Assembly (NCBI GenBank): GCA_046765695.1
Contig: JBKPNA010000149.1
Coordinates: 1 to 48,617 of the forward strand
Origin: Actinomycetota bacterium
GTDB lineage: Bacteria > Actinomycetota > Actinomycetes > Propionibacteriales > Propionibacteriaceae
DNA: 48,617 nt
Reading direction: 5' to 3'
Numbering within the stretch: position 1 is the stretch's first letter; each line of letters starts with the position of its first letter. Positions 1 through 9,436 of the stretch are shown here, one piece after another. The notes under the pieces are model-generated. The model saw only the letters and a list, made by a program, of their open reading frames with translations, ran no database searches and was not told the DNA's origin. Made by a program: the position numbers and the translations under genes.

Positions 1-491
1 GCGGCGTCGAGGCCGCCGCTCAGGTAGCAGGCGTCCAGCAGGGTGATTCGGATTCCGGCCTCGCGAGCGGCCTCGATCAAGGCCCTGCCCATCTCGTTGG
101 GGTCGTCGTACGGCCGCCCGTTGCGATCGTGATGCAGGTAGTGGAACTCACCGACCGCGGTGATTCCCGACAGGGCCATCTCGGCGTACGTCGCCCGGGC
201 GAGATCGAAATAGGAGTCGGGGTCGAGACGGGCGGCTACGGCGTACATCTGCTCCCGCCAGGTCCAGAACGTGCCACGGCCAGCGTGCGTACGTCCGCGG
301 AGAGCGCGGTGGAAAGCGTGACTGTGGGCGTTGGCGAACCCGGGGAGGACGACCCCGTCCAGTCGCTCGTCGCCGGGCTGTGGGTCCACCTCGGTCCGTA
401 CCTGGCCGAACCTGTCCGCGATCACCTCGAACCGGACCCGGCGCGCCAACCCGTCCGGCAGCTGCGCGTACGGTGCCCAGAACGCGCTCAT
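1..491 (-). CDS. hutF: Formimidoylglutamate deiminase (partial; 3' end runs off the window)
   Basis: Manual translation from ATG at 491: [14 protein letters not shown]...LPGFANAHSHAFHRALRGRT...FWTWREQMY...EMALSGITAVGEFHYLHH. These are HutF amidohydrolase motifs. ATGA overlap with the upstream gene; hut context. Confidence 0.92.
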   Translation of the reverse strand, partial: MSAFWAPYAQLPDGLARRVRFEVIADRFGQVRTEVDPQPGDERLDGVVLPGFANAHSHAFHRALRGRTHAGRGTFWTWREQMYAVAARLDPDSYFDLARATYAEMALSGITAVGEFHYLHHDRNGRPYDDPNEMGRALIEAAREAGIRITLLDACYLSGGLDA

Positions 492-1687
492 GCAGCGGCT
501 CCGGCCAGCTCGCCCAGTACCGCTGCCAGGGTGTCGACACCGGTCAGGCAGTCGTTCCGTTCGGCGTGCTCGAGTGGGGAGTGCGATACGCCGGTGGGAT
601 TGCGGACGAAGATCATCACGGCCGGGATCCCTGCACCGGCGAGGATGCCGGCATCGTGGCCGGCGCCGGTGCCGAGTCGCGGCGCGTCGGGCAGCACACC
701 GGCCACCCGGTCGATCAGTTCCTCATCGAAGCGGGTCGGCGGCGTCCAGGACTCCTCGCGCACCCGGCCACCGGCGCCATCGGCAAGCGCCGTCACCGCC
801 GCAACCGTACGGCGTACCGCCTCCTCCTCAGGACCCCGGGCATCGAGCCAGCCGGTGGCGGAGCTCGGGACCGCGTTCACGCCACCGGGTCGCACCTCCG
901 TCCGGCCGACGGTCGCCAGGCAACCCTCGGCCAGCGCCGCCCGACGTGCGGCCAGCACGGTCTCGGCCAACGGGATCAGCGCGTCGCGCCGGTCGGCCAT
1001 GCCAGTCGTGCCGGCATGGTTGGCCTCTCCGCCGAAGTCGAGCCGCCAGCGGCCGTGCGGCCAGATGTCGGTGCCGATCGCCACCGGTTGGGCCAGGTCG
1101 ACCAGACCGCGACCCTGCTCGATGTGCAGCTCGACGAAGCTGCCGATCCTGCGCAGGACCTCAGGGTCCCGCCCGATCACCTCGGGGCGCCGGCCGGCGG
1201 CGAGCAGCGCCTCGGCCATGCTGATGCCGTCGCGATCGATGAGCTCCAGCGCCCGATCAGCGGCGAGCGCGCCGGTGATCACCCGCGACCCGGCGCAGGC
1301 GATGCCGAACCGGGCACCTTCCTCGTCACCGAAGTTGACCACGCCGAGGGGGCGGTCAGGTATTCGCCCCTCCTCCCGCAGCCGGTCGAGAGCGGCGAAC
1401 GCACTGATCACTCCAAGCGGCCCGTCGTACGCGCCACCGTCCGGCACGCTGTCCAGGTGGGAGCCGGTGACCACGCCGGGCTGCTGATCTGGGTCGCCCC
1501 ACCAGGCCCACTGGTTGCCCATCCGGTCCTCGGTCAGGGTGAGCCCCCGGTCCGCGGCCTCGCCGGCGAACCACTCGCGCAGCAGATGGTCTTCCGCGGT
1601 GAGGGCGAAGCGACGGTAGCCGCCGGTTTCGGTCGAGCGGCCGATCTCCAGGACGGCCAACCAGAGCCGATCGAACGTCAGGCTCAC
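488..1687 (-). CDS. M20 Zn-dependent amidohydrolase (allantoate amidohydrolase/N-carbamoylase-like), hut-associated
   Basis: Motifs [47 protein letters not shown]; start/stop overlaps with hutU and hutF. Confidence 0.9.
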   Translation of the reverse strand: MSLTFDRLWLAVLEIGRSTETGGYRRFALTAEDHLLREWFAGEAADRGLTLTEDRMGNQWAWWGDPDQQPGVVTGSHLDSVPDGGAYDGPLGVISAFAALDRLREEGRIPDRPLGVVNFGDEEGARFGIACAGSRVITGALAADRALELIDRDGISMAEALLAAGRRPEVIGRDPEVLRRIGSFVELHIEQGRGLVDLAQPVAIGTDIWPHGRWRLDFGGEANHAGTTGMADRRDALIPLAETVLAARRAALAEGCLATVGRTEVRPGGVNAVPSSATGWLDARGPEEEAVRRTVAAVTALADGAGGRVREESWTPPTRFDEELIDRVAGVLPDAPRLGTGAGHDAGILAGAGIPAVMIFVRNPTGVSHSPLEHAERNDCLTGVDTLAAVLGELAGAAA

Positions 1688-3354
1688 GTCAGGTCCGCGC
1701 CGTTCTGATCCATCGGAATCCGCACGCCCCGTTCGGTCGCGACCTGCCGTGCCGAGTCGTATCCGGCGTCGACGTGCCGCAGCACACCCATCCCCGGGTC
1801 GTTGGTCAGCACCCGGGCGAGTTTCTGCGCAGCCAGCTCCGAACCGTCGGCCAGCGACACCTGCCCGGCGTGAATGGACCGTCCGATGCCGACACCGCCA
1901 CCATGGTGGATCGACACCCAGCTCGCTCCGGACGCCGTGTTGATCATCGCGTTGAGCAACGGCCAGTCGGCGATCGCATCGGAGCCGTCGGCCATGGCCT
2001 CAGTCTCGCGGTAAGGGCTCGCCACCGAGCCGCAATCGAGATGGTCACGACCGATCACGATGGGTGCGCTGATCGTTCCCCTGGCCACCAGGTCGTTGAA
2101 GGCCAGGCCGGCGCGGTCCCGCTCGCCGTACCCGAGCCAGCAGATCCGCGCTGGCAGGCCCTGGAACGCGATCTTCTCACTCGCGCCGCGCATCCACCGC
2201 TGCAGCCGGTCGTTGTCCGGGAAAAGGTCCATCACTGCCCGATCCGTCGCCGCGATGTCGGCCGGGTCACCCGACAGGGCCACCCAGCGGAAGGGTCCCT
2301 TCCCTTCGCAGAACAGCGGCCGGATGTACGCCGGCACGAAACCAGGGAAGTCGAACGCCCGTTCGTACCCGCCCTTGCGCGCCTCGTCGCGGATCGAGTT
2401 GCCGTAGTCGAAGACCTCGGCGCCGCCGTCGCCGAACTCGACCATGGCCTGTACGTGCCGCGCCATGGAGGCCCGGGCCCGGTCGGTGAACTCCTCCGGC
2501 TTCTTTTCCGCGTAGTCGGCCCAGTCTTCGACCGAGATCCCCTCTGGCAGGTAGGACAGCGGGTCGTGGGCGCTGGTCTGGTCGGTGACGATGTCGATCG
2601 GTACGCCGCGCCGGAGCAGCTCGGGAAAGACCTCGGCGCAGTTGCCGACAACTCCCACCGACCAGGCCCGGCGATCCGCCTTGGCCTGCAGCGCCTTCTC
2701 CACCGCGCCGTCCAGGTCGTCGGCTATCTCATCGAGATAGCGGTGCGAGACCCGTCGATCGAGCCGGCTCCGGTCGACATCCACGATCAGGCAGACTCCG
2801 CCGTTCAGCGTGACGGCCAGCGGTTGCGCGCCGCCCATGCCGCCGCCGCCGCCGGTCAGGGTCAGAGTCCCGGCGAGCGTGCCACCGAACCGCTTCTCGG
2901 CGACGGCGGCGAACGTCTCGTAGGTGCCCTGCACGATGCCCTGGGTGCCGATATAGATCCAGGACCCTGCCGTCATCTGCCCGTACATCGTCAGGCCGAG
3001 CCGCTCCAGCCGCCGGAACTCCGGCCAGGTCGCCCAGTCGGGAACCAGGTTGGAGTTGGCCAGGATCACCCGCGGCGCCCACTCGTGGGTGCGCAGCACG
3101 CCTACCGGCCGGCCGGACTGGACCAGCATCGTCTCGTCTGCCTCGAGGGTGGTCAGCGTGCGCACCATGGCATCGAATGCACGCCAGTCCCGGGCAGCCC
3201 GCCCGGTGCCGCCGTAGACGACCAGGTCGTCGGGGCGTTCGGCGACCTCGGCGTCGAGGTTGTTCATCAGCATGCGCAGCGGGGCCTCGGTGGCCCAGCT
3301 CTTGGCGGTCAGGGTGGTGCCCCGCGGGGCCCTGACCGGTCGCGCGCCTTCCAT
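1684..3354 (-). CDS. hutU: Urocanate hydratase
   Basis: [62 protein letters not shown] motifs; 556 aa. Confidence 0.98.
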   Translation of the reverse strand: MEGARPVRAPRGTTLTAKSWATEAPLRMLMNNLDAEVAERPDDLVVYGGTGRAARDWRAFDAMVRTLTTLEADETMLVQSGRPVGVLRTHEWAPRVILANSNLVPDWATWPEFRRLERLGLTMYGQMTAGSWIYIGTQGIVQGTYETFAAVAEKRFGGTLAGTLTLTGGGGGMGGAQPLAVTLNGGVCLIVDVDRSRLDRRVSHRYLDEIADDLDGAVEKALQAKADRRAWSVGVVGNCAEVFPELLRRGVPIDIVTDQTSAHDPLSYLPEGISVEDWADYAEKKPEEFTDRARASMARHVQAMVEFGDGGAEVFDYGNSIRDEARKGGYERAFDFPGFVPAYIRPLFCEGKGPFRWVALSGDPADIAATDRAVMDLFPDNDRLQRWMRGASEKIAFQGLPARICWLGYGERDRAGLAFNDLVARGTISAPIVIGRDHLDCGSVASPYRETEAMADGSDAIADWPLLNAMINTASGASWVSIHHGGGVGIGRSIHAGQVSLADGSELAAQKLARVLTNDPGMGVLRHVDAGYDSARQVATERGVRIPMDQNGADLT

Positions 3355-3376
3355 GGGTTGTTCCTTTCTGATCGGA

Positions 3377-4930
3377 TCAGGCCAGCAGGCCGAGGACGGA
3401 CTCCGCGGCGGCCACGGCGGTTCCGCTGGTGATCAATTCCACCGCCACCTCGATCTCGGGTGCCAACCAGCGATCAGGTCCGGGACCGGGCGCGCCGGCC
3501 GCGCGAAGAGCAGCGATCACCGCCCCCGTGGCCGGGGAGGGGGAGAGCGGAGCCCGCAGCTCGATGCCACGGGCGGCGGTCAGCAGCTCGATGGCCAGTA
3601 CCCGGGTGAGGCCGTCGACGGCGCGGCGAAGCTTGCGTGCTGCCGACCAGCCCATCGACACATGGTCCTCCTGCATGGCCGAGCTCGGGATGGAGTCGAC
3701 CGAGGCCGGCACGGCGAGCCGCTTGAGCTCGGAGACGATGGCGGCCTGGGTGTACTGCGCGATCATGTTGCCAGAGTCCACTCCGGCATCGTCCGCCAAG
3801 AACGGCGGCAGCCCACTGTTCCTGGCCCGATCGAGGAAGCGGTCGGTACGGCGCTCGGCAATGCTCGCCAGGTCGGCGGCCGCGATCGCCAGGAAGTCCA
3901 GTTGGTAGGCGATCGGCGCACCGTGGAAGTTGCCGTTCGACTCCAGCCGGCCGTCCGGTGTGACGACCGGGTTGTCGATCGCGGATCCCATCTCGATCTC
4001 GGCGACGGCGGCGGCGTGCGCGATGGTGTCGCGGGCCGCTCCGGCCACCTGCGGGGAGCAGCGCAACGAGTACGCGTCCTGCACCCGAGGGCAGTCGTCG
4101 GTGTCATGGCTTGCCCGGATCTCACTGCTGGCCATCAGGGCTCGAAGGTTCGCGGCGGAGGCCAGTTGACCCGGATGCGGCCGCAGCGCGTGCAGGTCGG
4201 CAGCGAACACGTGGTCGGTGCCGAGCAGGCCTTCGACGCTCATCGCGGCGGTGATGTCGGCCACCTTGACCAGGTGCTGCAGGTCGGTGATCGCCAGCAC
4301 CAGCATGCCCAGCATGCCGTCTGTGCCGTTGATCAGCGCCAGGCCCTCCTTCTCGGCCAGGGTGATCGGTTCGAGCCCGGCTGCCGCGAGAGCCTCGGCC
4401 GCCGGCCGCCGTTCACCGGATTCGGTCCGGACCAGACCCTCGCCCATCAGCGCCAGAGCGCAGTGCGCCAGCGGGGCCAGGTCACCGGAGCAGCCGAGGC
4501 TGCCGTACTCGTGCACGACCGGGGTGATCCGCGCATTGAGCAGATCGGTGTAGGCGGCGAGCGTCTCCGCGCGTACGCCCGTCCGCCCGGTAGCCAGCGT
4601 GGCTAGTCGCAGCAGCATCATGGCCCGGACGACCTCGGTCTCCACCTCAGGTCCCGACCCGGCGGCGTGGGAGCGGATCAGGCTGCGCTGCAGCTGAGTG
4701 CGCAGCTCGGCAGGGATGTGGCGGGTGGCCAAGGCACCGAAGCCGGTAGACACTCCGTAGTGCGGCTCGCGGTCGTCGGCGAGCGCCTCGATCACGGCGC
4801 GGCTGCGTCGTACGTCGTCCCACGACTGCGCGGCGATCTCTACCGGAGCGCCGTCTCGGGCAACGGCCACAACGTCGGCGAACGAAAGCGGCCCCTTCCC
4901 GACGGCAACAGGGCTGGTGATCGTGGGCAT
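3377..4930 (-). CDS. hutH: Histidine ammonia-lyase
   Basis: [20 protein letters not shown] (MIO-forming loop), [31 protein letters not shown]. Start moved to ATG 4930 because the longer ORF overlaps the divergent IclR gene. Confidence 0.97.
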   Translation of the reverse strand: MPTITSPVAVGKGPLSFADVVAVARDGAPVEIAAQSWDDVRRSRAVIEALADDREPHYGVSTGFGALATRHIPAELRTQLQRSLIRSHAAGSGPEVETEVVRAMMLLRLATLATGRTGVRAETLAAYTDLLNARITPVVHEYGSLGCSGDLAPLAHCALALMGEGLVRTESGERRPAAEALAAAGLEPITLAEKEGLALINGTDGMLGMLVLAITDLQHLVKVADITAAMSVEGLLGTDHVFAADLHALRPHPGQLASAANLRALMASSEIRASHDTDDCPRVQDAYSLRCSPQVAGAARDTIAHAAAVAEIEMGSAIDNPVVTPDGRLESNGNFHGAPIAYQLDFLAIAAADLASIAERRTDRFLDRARNSGLPPFLADDAGVDSGNMIAQYTQAAIVSELKRLAVPASVDSIPSSAMQEDHVSMGWSAARKLRRAVDGLTRVLAIELLTAARGIELRAPLSPSPATGAVIAALRAAGAPGPGPDRWLAPEIEVAVELITSGTAVAAAESVLGLLA

Positions 4931-4983
4931 GATTAATTGGACGCGCACGCCGGGCTCCGATGGAGACTCCGGGCCGCAGAAGT

Positions 4984-4999
4984 GTCTCGGATCTGAGAC
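4984..4999. promoter_or_regulatory. Probable operator of the IclR-type hut regulator
   Basis: Imperfect palindrome GTCTCGGATCTGAGAC between divergent hutH and iclR; resembles the TCT-N3-AT-N3-AGA pattern recalled for corynebacterial HutR. Confidence 0.6.
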
Positions 5000-5008
5000 T
5001 CTTGAGGC

Positions 5009-5764
5009 ATGTCGCTCGCGCCGGCCGCCGACTCCGCGCTGCGGATCCTCGCCCTGCTGGCCCGTCAGGTTGAACCGGTGCCGGCCGGCCTGATCAGCGC
5101 CACGTTGCAGCTGCCCCGCTCGACGACGTACCGGCTGCTCGGCATATTGATCGATCAGGGCTTCGTCAGCTACCTGCCCGAGGAACGGCGCTACGGACTC
5201 GGCGTTGTCTCCTTCGAGCTCGGCTCGGCGTATGCGCGGCAGATGCCGCTGCGCCGGATCGCGCAGCCGGTGCTCAGCCGACTCGTCGACCAGGTGGGAC
5301 AGAATGCTCATCTGGCGGTGCTGCACGGCACCGACGTGTACTACGTGATCGAGGAGCGGGCCTCAGGGCGGCCGCCGCTGGTCAGCGATGTGGGGGTGCG
5401 GCTGCCGGCCACGCTCACCGCGTCTGGTTTGGCGATGCTGTCCCGGCTGACCGCGGCTCAGCTACGGGCTCTTTACCCCAGCGCTGCCGCGTTGGTGCAG
5501 CGCGACGGCCGCGGGCCGGGCACTCTCCAGGCTCTGCGTACCGTGCTGGTCGAGACCCGGCGCCGAGGTTTCGCGCTGGAGGAGGATCTGGTGACGCCAG
5601 GACTGTCATCGGTGGGTCTGCCGGTGCTCGACCACACCGGACATCCGCTGGCCGGCGTCTCGGTCACCTATCAAGCCGACCGAGTGGAAACCGGCGAAGA
5701 GCGCCGGCTGGTCGAAGCGGTACGCCGCGCGGCCGAGACGCTCACCCGCCGGCTGCGCGGTTGA
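5009..5764 (+). CDS. IclR-family transcriptional regulator (HutR-like)
   Basis: N-terminal HTH (LQLPRSTTYRLL) and IclR effector domain (G.RLPA.LTASGLAML, RRRGFALEE); divergent from hutH. Confidence 0.93.
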   Translation: MSLAPAADSALRILALLARQVEPVPAGLISATLQLPRSTTYRLLGILIDQGFVSYLPEERRYGLGVVSFELGSAYARQMPLRRIAQPVLSRLVDQVGQNAHLAVLHGTDVYYVIEERASGRPPLVSDVGVRLPATLTASGLAMLSRLTAAQLRALYPSAAALVQRDGRGPGTLQALRTVLVETRRRGFALEEDLVTPGLSSVGLPVLDHTGHPLAGVSVTYQADRVETGEERRLVEAVRRAAETLTRRLRG

Positions 5765-5773
5765 CCCTCGTCA

Positions 5774-5843
5774 CGTTTCTCCGCACAAGGCATCTGGCAG
5801 TGGTTTCGGGCTGATCTGGCCGCGTTTCTCCGCACAAGGCCAC
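5774..5843 (+). repeat. Family A repeat, 2 copies
   Basis: CGTTTCTCCGCACAAGGC at 5774 and 5823 (period 49). Confidence 0.85.
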
Positions 5844-5888
5844 GTGTGGGGGCGGTTTGGGGCGGATCCGATCGGCGGCTGGCCACTC

Positions 5889-5976
5889 GTACGCGTTTCG
5901 CGTCACATGACGGCTAAAACGTGTCTCGGACTGCTGCCCGACACCTGTCACTCATCACATGACGGCAAACGCGTAC
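5889..5976. repeat. Family B-like palindromic repeat, 2 degenerate copies
   Basis: TCACATGACGGC occurs twice 52 nt apart. The outer ends GTACGCGTTT...AAACGCGTAC are inverted. The right arm GACGGCAAACG matches the 25514-25643 repeats. Confidence 0.7.
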
Positions 5977-5997
5977 AGGCGGGGGCGCGAATCCGGC

Positions 5998-6966
5998 CTA
6001 GGAGAATCCCGTCGGCAGGTGGGGGACGTAATGCTCCTCCAGCGCGCGTACCTCGTCATCGCTGAGCTCTACGTCGAGCGCCGCAACCGCGTCAGAGAGG
6101 TGGTGCGGCTTGGTCGGGCCCACAATCGGTGAATCGACCACAGGGTTCCTCAGCACCCAGGCGAGCGCGACCTGAGCCATCGGGATACCGCGGGCTTGGG
6201 CAACTCCGGCCACTGCATCGACAATCGGGCGGTCGGCCTCGATGTCGTACCGTCGGCCCATCGGGTCGGTGTCGGAGCGTTGCGTCTGCTCGCCCCACGG
6301 CCGGGCCAGTCGTCCCTTGGCGAGCGGACTCCAGGGGATGCTGCCGACACCCTGGTCGGCCAGCAGACCGAACATCTCCCGCTCCTCCTCGCGCTGCAAC
6401 AGGCTGTACTGGTTCTGCATGGAGACGAACCTGGTCCAACCATGCAGATCGGCGACATGCTGCATCTTGGCGAACTGCCACGCCCACATCGAGGACGCGC
6501 CGAGGTAGCGGGCCTTGCCGGCCTTGACCACGTCGTGCAGCGCCTCCATGGTCTCCTCGACCGGCGTCTCGGGGTCGAAGCGGTGGATCTGGTAGAGGTC
6601 GACGTAGTCGGTGTCCAGCCGGGTCAACGAGCCATCGATCTGCTCCAGAATCGCCTTGCGGGACAGCCCTGAACCGGCCGGACCCTCGTGCATCTTGCCG
6701 TGCACCTTGGTGGCCAGGACGATCTCGTCACGGCCATACTTCTTCAGCGCCCGCCCGACAATCTCCTCCGAACTGCCCAGGCTGTAGACGTTGGCGGTGT
6801 CCCAGAAGGTGATGCCGAGGTCGATGGCCTGCTGGAAGTACGGCTGGGCCTCCTCGTCGCCCAGGGCCCACTCGTTGAAGCCGCGGGAGGTGTCGCCGAA
6901 GCTCATGCAGCCGAGCGCGATCCGACTGACCTGCAGCCCGGAGCTGCCGAGACGGGTGTAGTCCAT
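5998..6966 (-). CDS. Aldo/keto reductase
   Basis: MDYTRLGSSGLQVSRIALGCMSFG, DTANVYS, LATKV, DYVDLYQIHRFD, WSPLAKG; TAGGCT -10-like hexamer 8 nt upstream of ATG 6966. Confidence 0.95.
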   Translation of the reverse strand: MDYTRLGSSGLQVSRIALGCMSFGDTSRGFNEWALGDEEAQPYFQQAIDLGITFWDTANVYSLGSSEEIVGRALKKYGRDEIVLATKVHGKMHEGPAGSGLSRKAILEQIDGSLTRLDTDYVDLYQIHRFDPETPVEETMEALHDVVKAGKARYLGASSMWAWQFAKMQHVADLHGWTRFVSMQNQYSLLQREEEREMFGLLADQGVGSIPWSPLAKGRLARPWGEQTQRSDTDPMGRRYDIEADRPIVDAVAGVAQARGIPMAQVALAWVLRNPVVDSPIVGPTKPHHLSDAVAALDVELSDDEVRALEEHYVPHLPTGFS

Positions 6967-7035
6967 GACCTTTGAGCCTAGCCATCGCTGCTTTGAGGGC
7001 AGCGCGGGAGGGCTGGTTACCGATAGCCTGACGAA

Positions 7036-7725
7036 ATGGCGACAGTCAGCCTCCCGGGTGGGCCGACGCTGAGCTACCGGGAGTGGGGGCGCCCCGACGG
7101 GGCGGTAGTCCTGATGTTGCACGGGCTCGGCTCGTCCGGCGCGACCTGGCGGCATGTCGCGCCGGTCCTGGGTGAGAGCTTCCGGGTGATCGCCCCCGAC
7201 GCCCGCGGCCACGGCGACAGCGACTGGACCCACGAGTACTCGGTCGAGCTGATGGCGGACGATGTCGCTGGATTCCTCGAGCAGATCGGGGTGCTGGCGG
7301 CGATCATGGTCGGCCACTCGATGGGCGGCGTGGTCGCGTACGCGGTCGCCGCGACCCGGCCCGAGCTGGTGCGCCTGCTGGTGCTGGAGGAGATGCCGCC
7401 GCCGGACCCTGCGAAACCGCCGCGGCCGTACCCCCGCCATGGTGAGCCGGACGACGACCACGACTGGCGAGCCGTGGTGGCACTGCGCCGCTGGCGTAAC
7501 GCCCCGCCCAACGGCTGGTGGGAGATGGCCGACCGGATCGGCAGCAGGACGCTCGTGATGAGTGGCAGCCGCAGCGACCTGCCCACTGACCGGATGGAGG
7601 AGCTCGCCCAGCGGATCCCTCGTGGGGAGTTCGTCTCAGTGGATTGCGGTCACACGATTCACGAGGAGCGGCCGAGTGAGTTCCTGCGGCCCGTGGAACC
7701 GTTCATCTCCTTCTTCGCCAAGTAG
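7036..7725 (+). CDS. Alpha/beta-fold hydrolase
   Basis: LHGLG oxyanion motif, PDARGHGDS, GHSMGG nucleophile elbow, C-terminal GH..HEE.P; TAGCCT 6 nt before ATG. Confidence 0.92.
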   Translation: MATVSLPGGPTLSYREWGRPDGAVVLMLHGLGSSGATWRHVAPVLGESFRVIAPDARGHGDSDWTHEYSVELMADDVAGFLEQIGVLAAIMVGHSMGGVVAYAVAATRPELVRLLVLEEMPPPDPAKPPRPYPRHGEPDDDHDWRAVVALRRWRNAPPNGWWEMADRIGSRTLVMSGSRSDLPTDRMEELAQRIPRGEFVSVDCGHTIHEERPSEFLRPVEPFISFFAK

Positions 7726-7872
7726 CGCACTGAGAAGTCTGCGACGCTCCGCGTCGCGCGGATCGCGCTCTGGACCCGCCGCATTCGTCGTCACTCGCGA
7801 ACGAAAAGCGTGTTCGCTCGCTCCTTCTCATCACGGCGGCGCGCGATCCGGCACCCACCTATCCTTGGTCGC

Positions 7873-9426
7873 ATGTCCGTCCCGACCTCGGCACTGGCTG
7901 CTGGGCCTTCGGGGCAGACCGGCCAGTCCCGCGACCGCGGCCTCGCCAACGCCCCCACGCCGGACGGTGTGCTCCGGCGGGCATTTCGGCGTAACGGCCT
8001 GCCGCAGGAGCCGAACCTGAGCGAGCCGCTGCCCAAGAGACTCATCAAGAGGCCGATCTTCTGGGTCACGGTTGTGATGTTGGTGACCTATGCCGTGCTG
8101 CTGGTTCTGCTCTATCGGCAGACGGTGCCCGACCAGCAGGTCCACGGTGGCACCCTGCCCGGGCTCGGGACTGAGGCGGTGCCGATCGCAGCCAAGTACG
8201 CGGCGATCACCGCGATCCCGCTCTCGTTGGTCTTCCTCTGGGCCGACCGGTTCCGGCCGCAGCGCTTCTGGGTCTGGTTGATGACGTTCGGCTGGGGCGC
8301 CTGCGTCGCGACCTTCGTCTCCGCCCAGATCAACACCTGGGCTGCTGGACACCTGAGCATCGTCGGCGACGGTGACCCGGCAACCGCGGCGCGAGCGGCA
8401 ATCTTCGTGGCCCCGTTCGTCGAGGAGGCATCCAAGGCGACGGTGCTGTTCTGGCTCGCCATCCTGATGCGCTACCAGTGGGTGAGCCGGCTCAGCGGGA
8501 TCGTGCTGGCCGGCCTGTCCGGTGCGGCCTTCGCCTTCACCGAGAACATCCTCTATTACGGCCGGGCCTACCGCTACGCCGCCCGGACCTTCGGCGAGAT
8601 GCCTCCGCTGGAGGCGCTGCAGCACCTTTTCGTGGTGCGGGGGCTGATGACCTTCTTCGGTCACCCGCTGTTCACCGCCATGACCGGGATCGGGCTCGCG
8701 ATCGCGCTGCGCTCCAAGAGCAAGGTCGTGCGGGTCGTGGCGCCGCTTGCGGGATACTGCATCGCGTCGTTCCTGCACATGGCGTTCAACACCGTGGCGA
8801 GCCTGGTGTCGGGACCCAACCTGCTCTTCATCTATCTCGGGGTGGCCGTGCCGCTGGTTCTCGGCATGGTCGTCTTCGTGGTGCGGCAGGTGCTGCGGGA
8901 GGGCCGGCTGATCGCGAACCGGCTGACCGACTACGTGCGCGTGGGCTGGCTGGCCAGTTCCGACCCGCCGGCGCTGTCCCGGGTGCGTACCCGGACCCGC
9001 GCCGTGTGGCATGCGATCTTCCTCGGGCCGGACGTCTTCCTGGCCACCATCCGGATGCAGCGTGCGGTCACCGAGCTTGCCTATCTTCGGGACGCCTTGA
9101 CCCGCGGCATCGTGGACCAGACCGGCTTGCAGCGGGAGAAGACGCTGCTGGCCAAGATCAAGGCCGTCCGCGGTCAGGCGGTCGTCCAGCCTCAGGGCCG
9201 GGCCGCGTACCCGTCGTTCCGCCGGCAGCCGGCCGCGCTTCCCGCGTACGCTCCGCCCAGCTTCCCAGGCCCTGCCGGACTCGGCGGGAACTATCCGGCA
9301 CCGACCGCGTTCCCGGCTCCCACCGGCCCCCCGGCAGGCGTACCGGCCGTGGCCAGCGTGCCACTGGGGCAGACTGCTACCCAGTACTCAGAAGTCGACC
9401 CCAGCTGGAAACCGCCGGAGGAGTAG
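7873..9426 (+). CDS. PrsW-family intramembrane glutamic/metalloprotease with Pro-rich C-terminal tail
   Basis: APFVEEASK, AFAFTENILY, HPLFTAMTG, LHMAFN motifs and multiple TM segments. Start chosen at ATG 7873 (TATCCT 7 nt upstream). Confidence 0.88.
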   Translation: MSVPTSALAAGPSGQTGQSRDRGLANAPTPDGVLRRAFRRNGLPQEPNLSEPLPKRLIKRPIFWVTVVMLVTYAVLLVLLYRQTVPDQQVHGGTLPGLGTEAVPIAAKYAAITAIPLSLVFLWADRFRPQRFWVWLMTFGWGACVATFVSAQINTWAAGHLSIVGDGDPATAARAAIFVAPFVEEASKATVLFWLAILMRYQWVSRLSGIVLAGLSGAAFAFTENILYYGRAYRYAARTFGEMPPLEALQHLFVVRGLMTFFGHPLFTAMTGIGLAIALRSKSKVVRVVAPLAGYCIASFLHMAFNTVASLVSGPNLLFIYLGVAVPLVLGMVVFVVRQVLREGRLIANRLTDYVRVGWLASSDPPALSRVRTRTRAVWHAIFLGPDVFLATIRMQRAVTELAYLRDALTRGIVDQTGLQREKTLLAKIKAVRGQAVVQPQGRAAYPSFRRQPAALPAYAPPSFPGPAGLGGNYPAPTAFPAPTGPPAGVPAVASVPLGQTATQYSEVDPSWKPPEE

Positions 9427-9436
9427 GAGTCTTGAG

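Noticed and set aside
129-4606. Long + strand ORFs opposite the hut genes
   Set aside because: Antisense shadow ORFs typical of high-GC DNA; the opposite strand carries clear enzyme motifs. The same applies to most overlapping ORFs in the track.
4931-5326. N-terminal extension of HutH (649-aa ORF)
   Set aside because: It overlaps the divergent IclR gene; family similarity begins at ATG 4930.
6967-7461. N-terminal extension of the aldo/keto reductase (487-aa ORF)
   Set aside because: It is antisense to the hydrolase gene; the typical AKR start with a -10-like hexamer is at 6966.
7735-7830. Short hairpins between the hydrolase and prsW as a possible ncRNA
   Set aside because: Stems are short for GC-rich DNA and match no RNA family I recognise.
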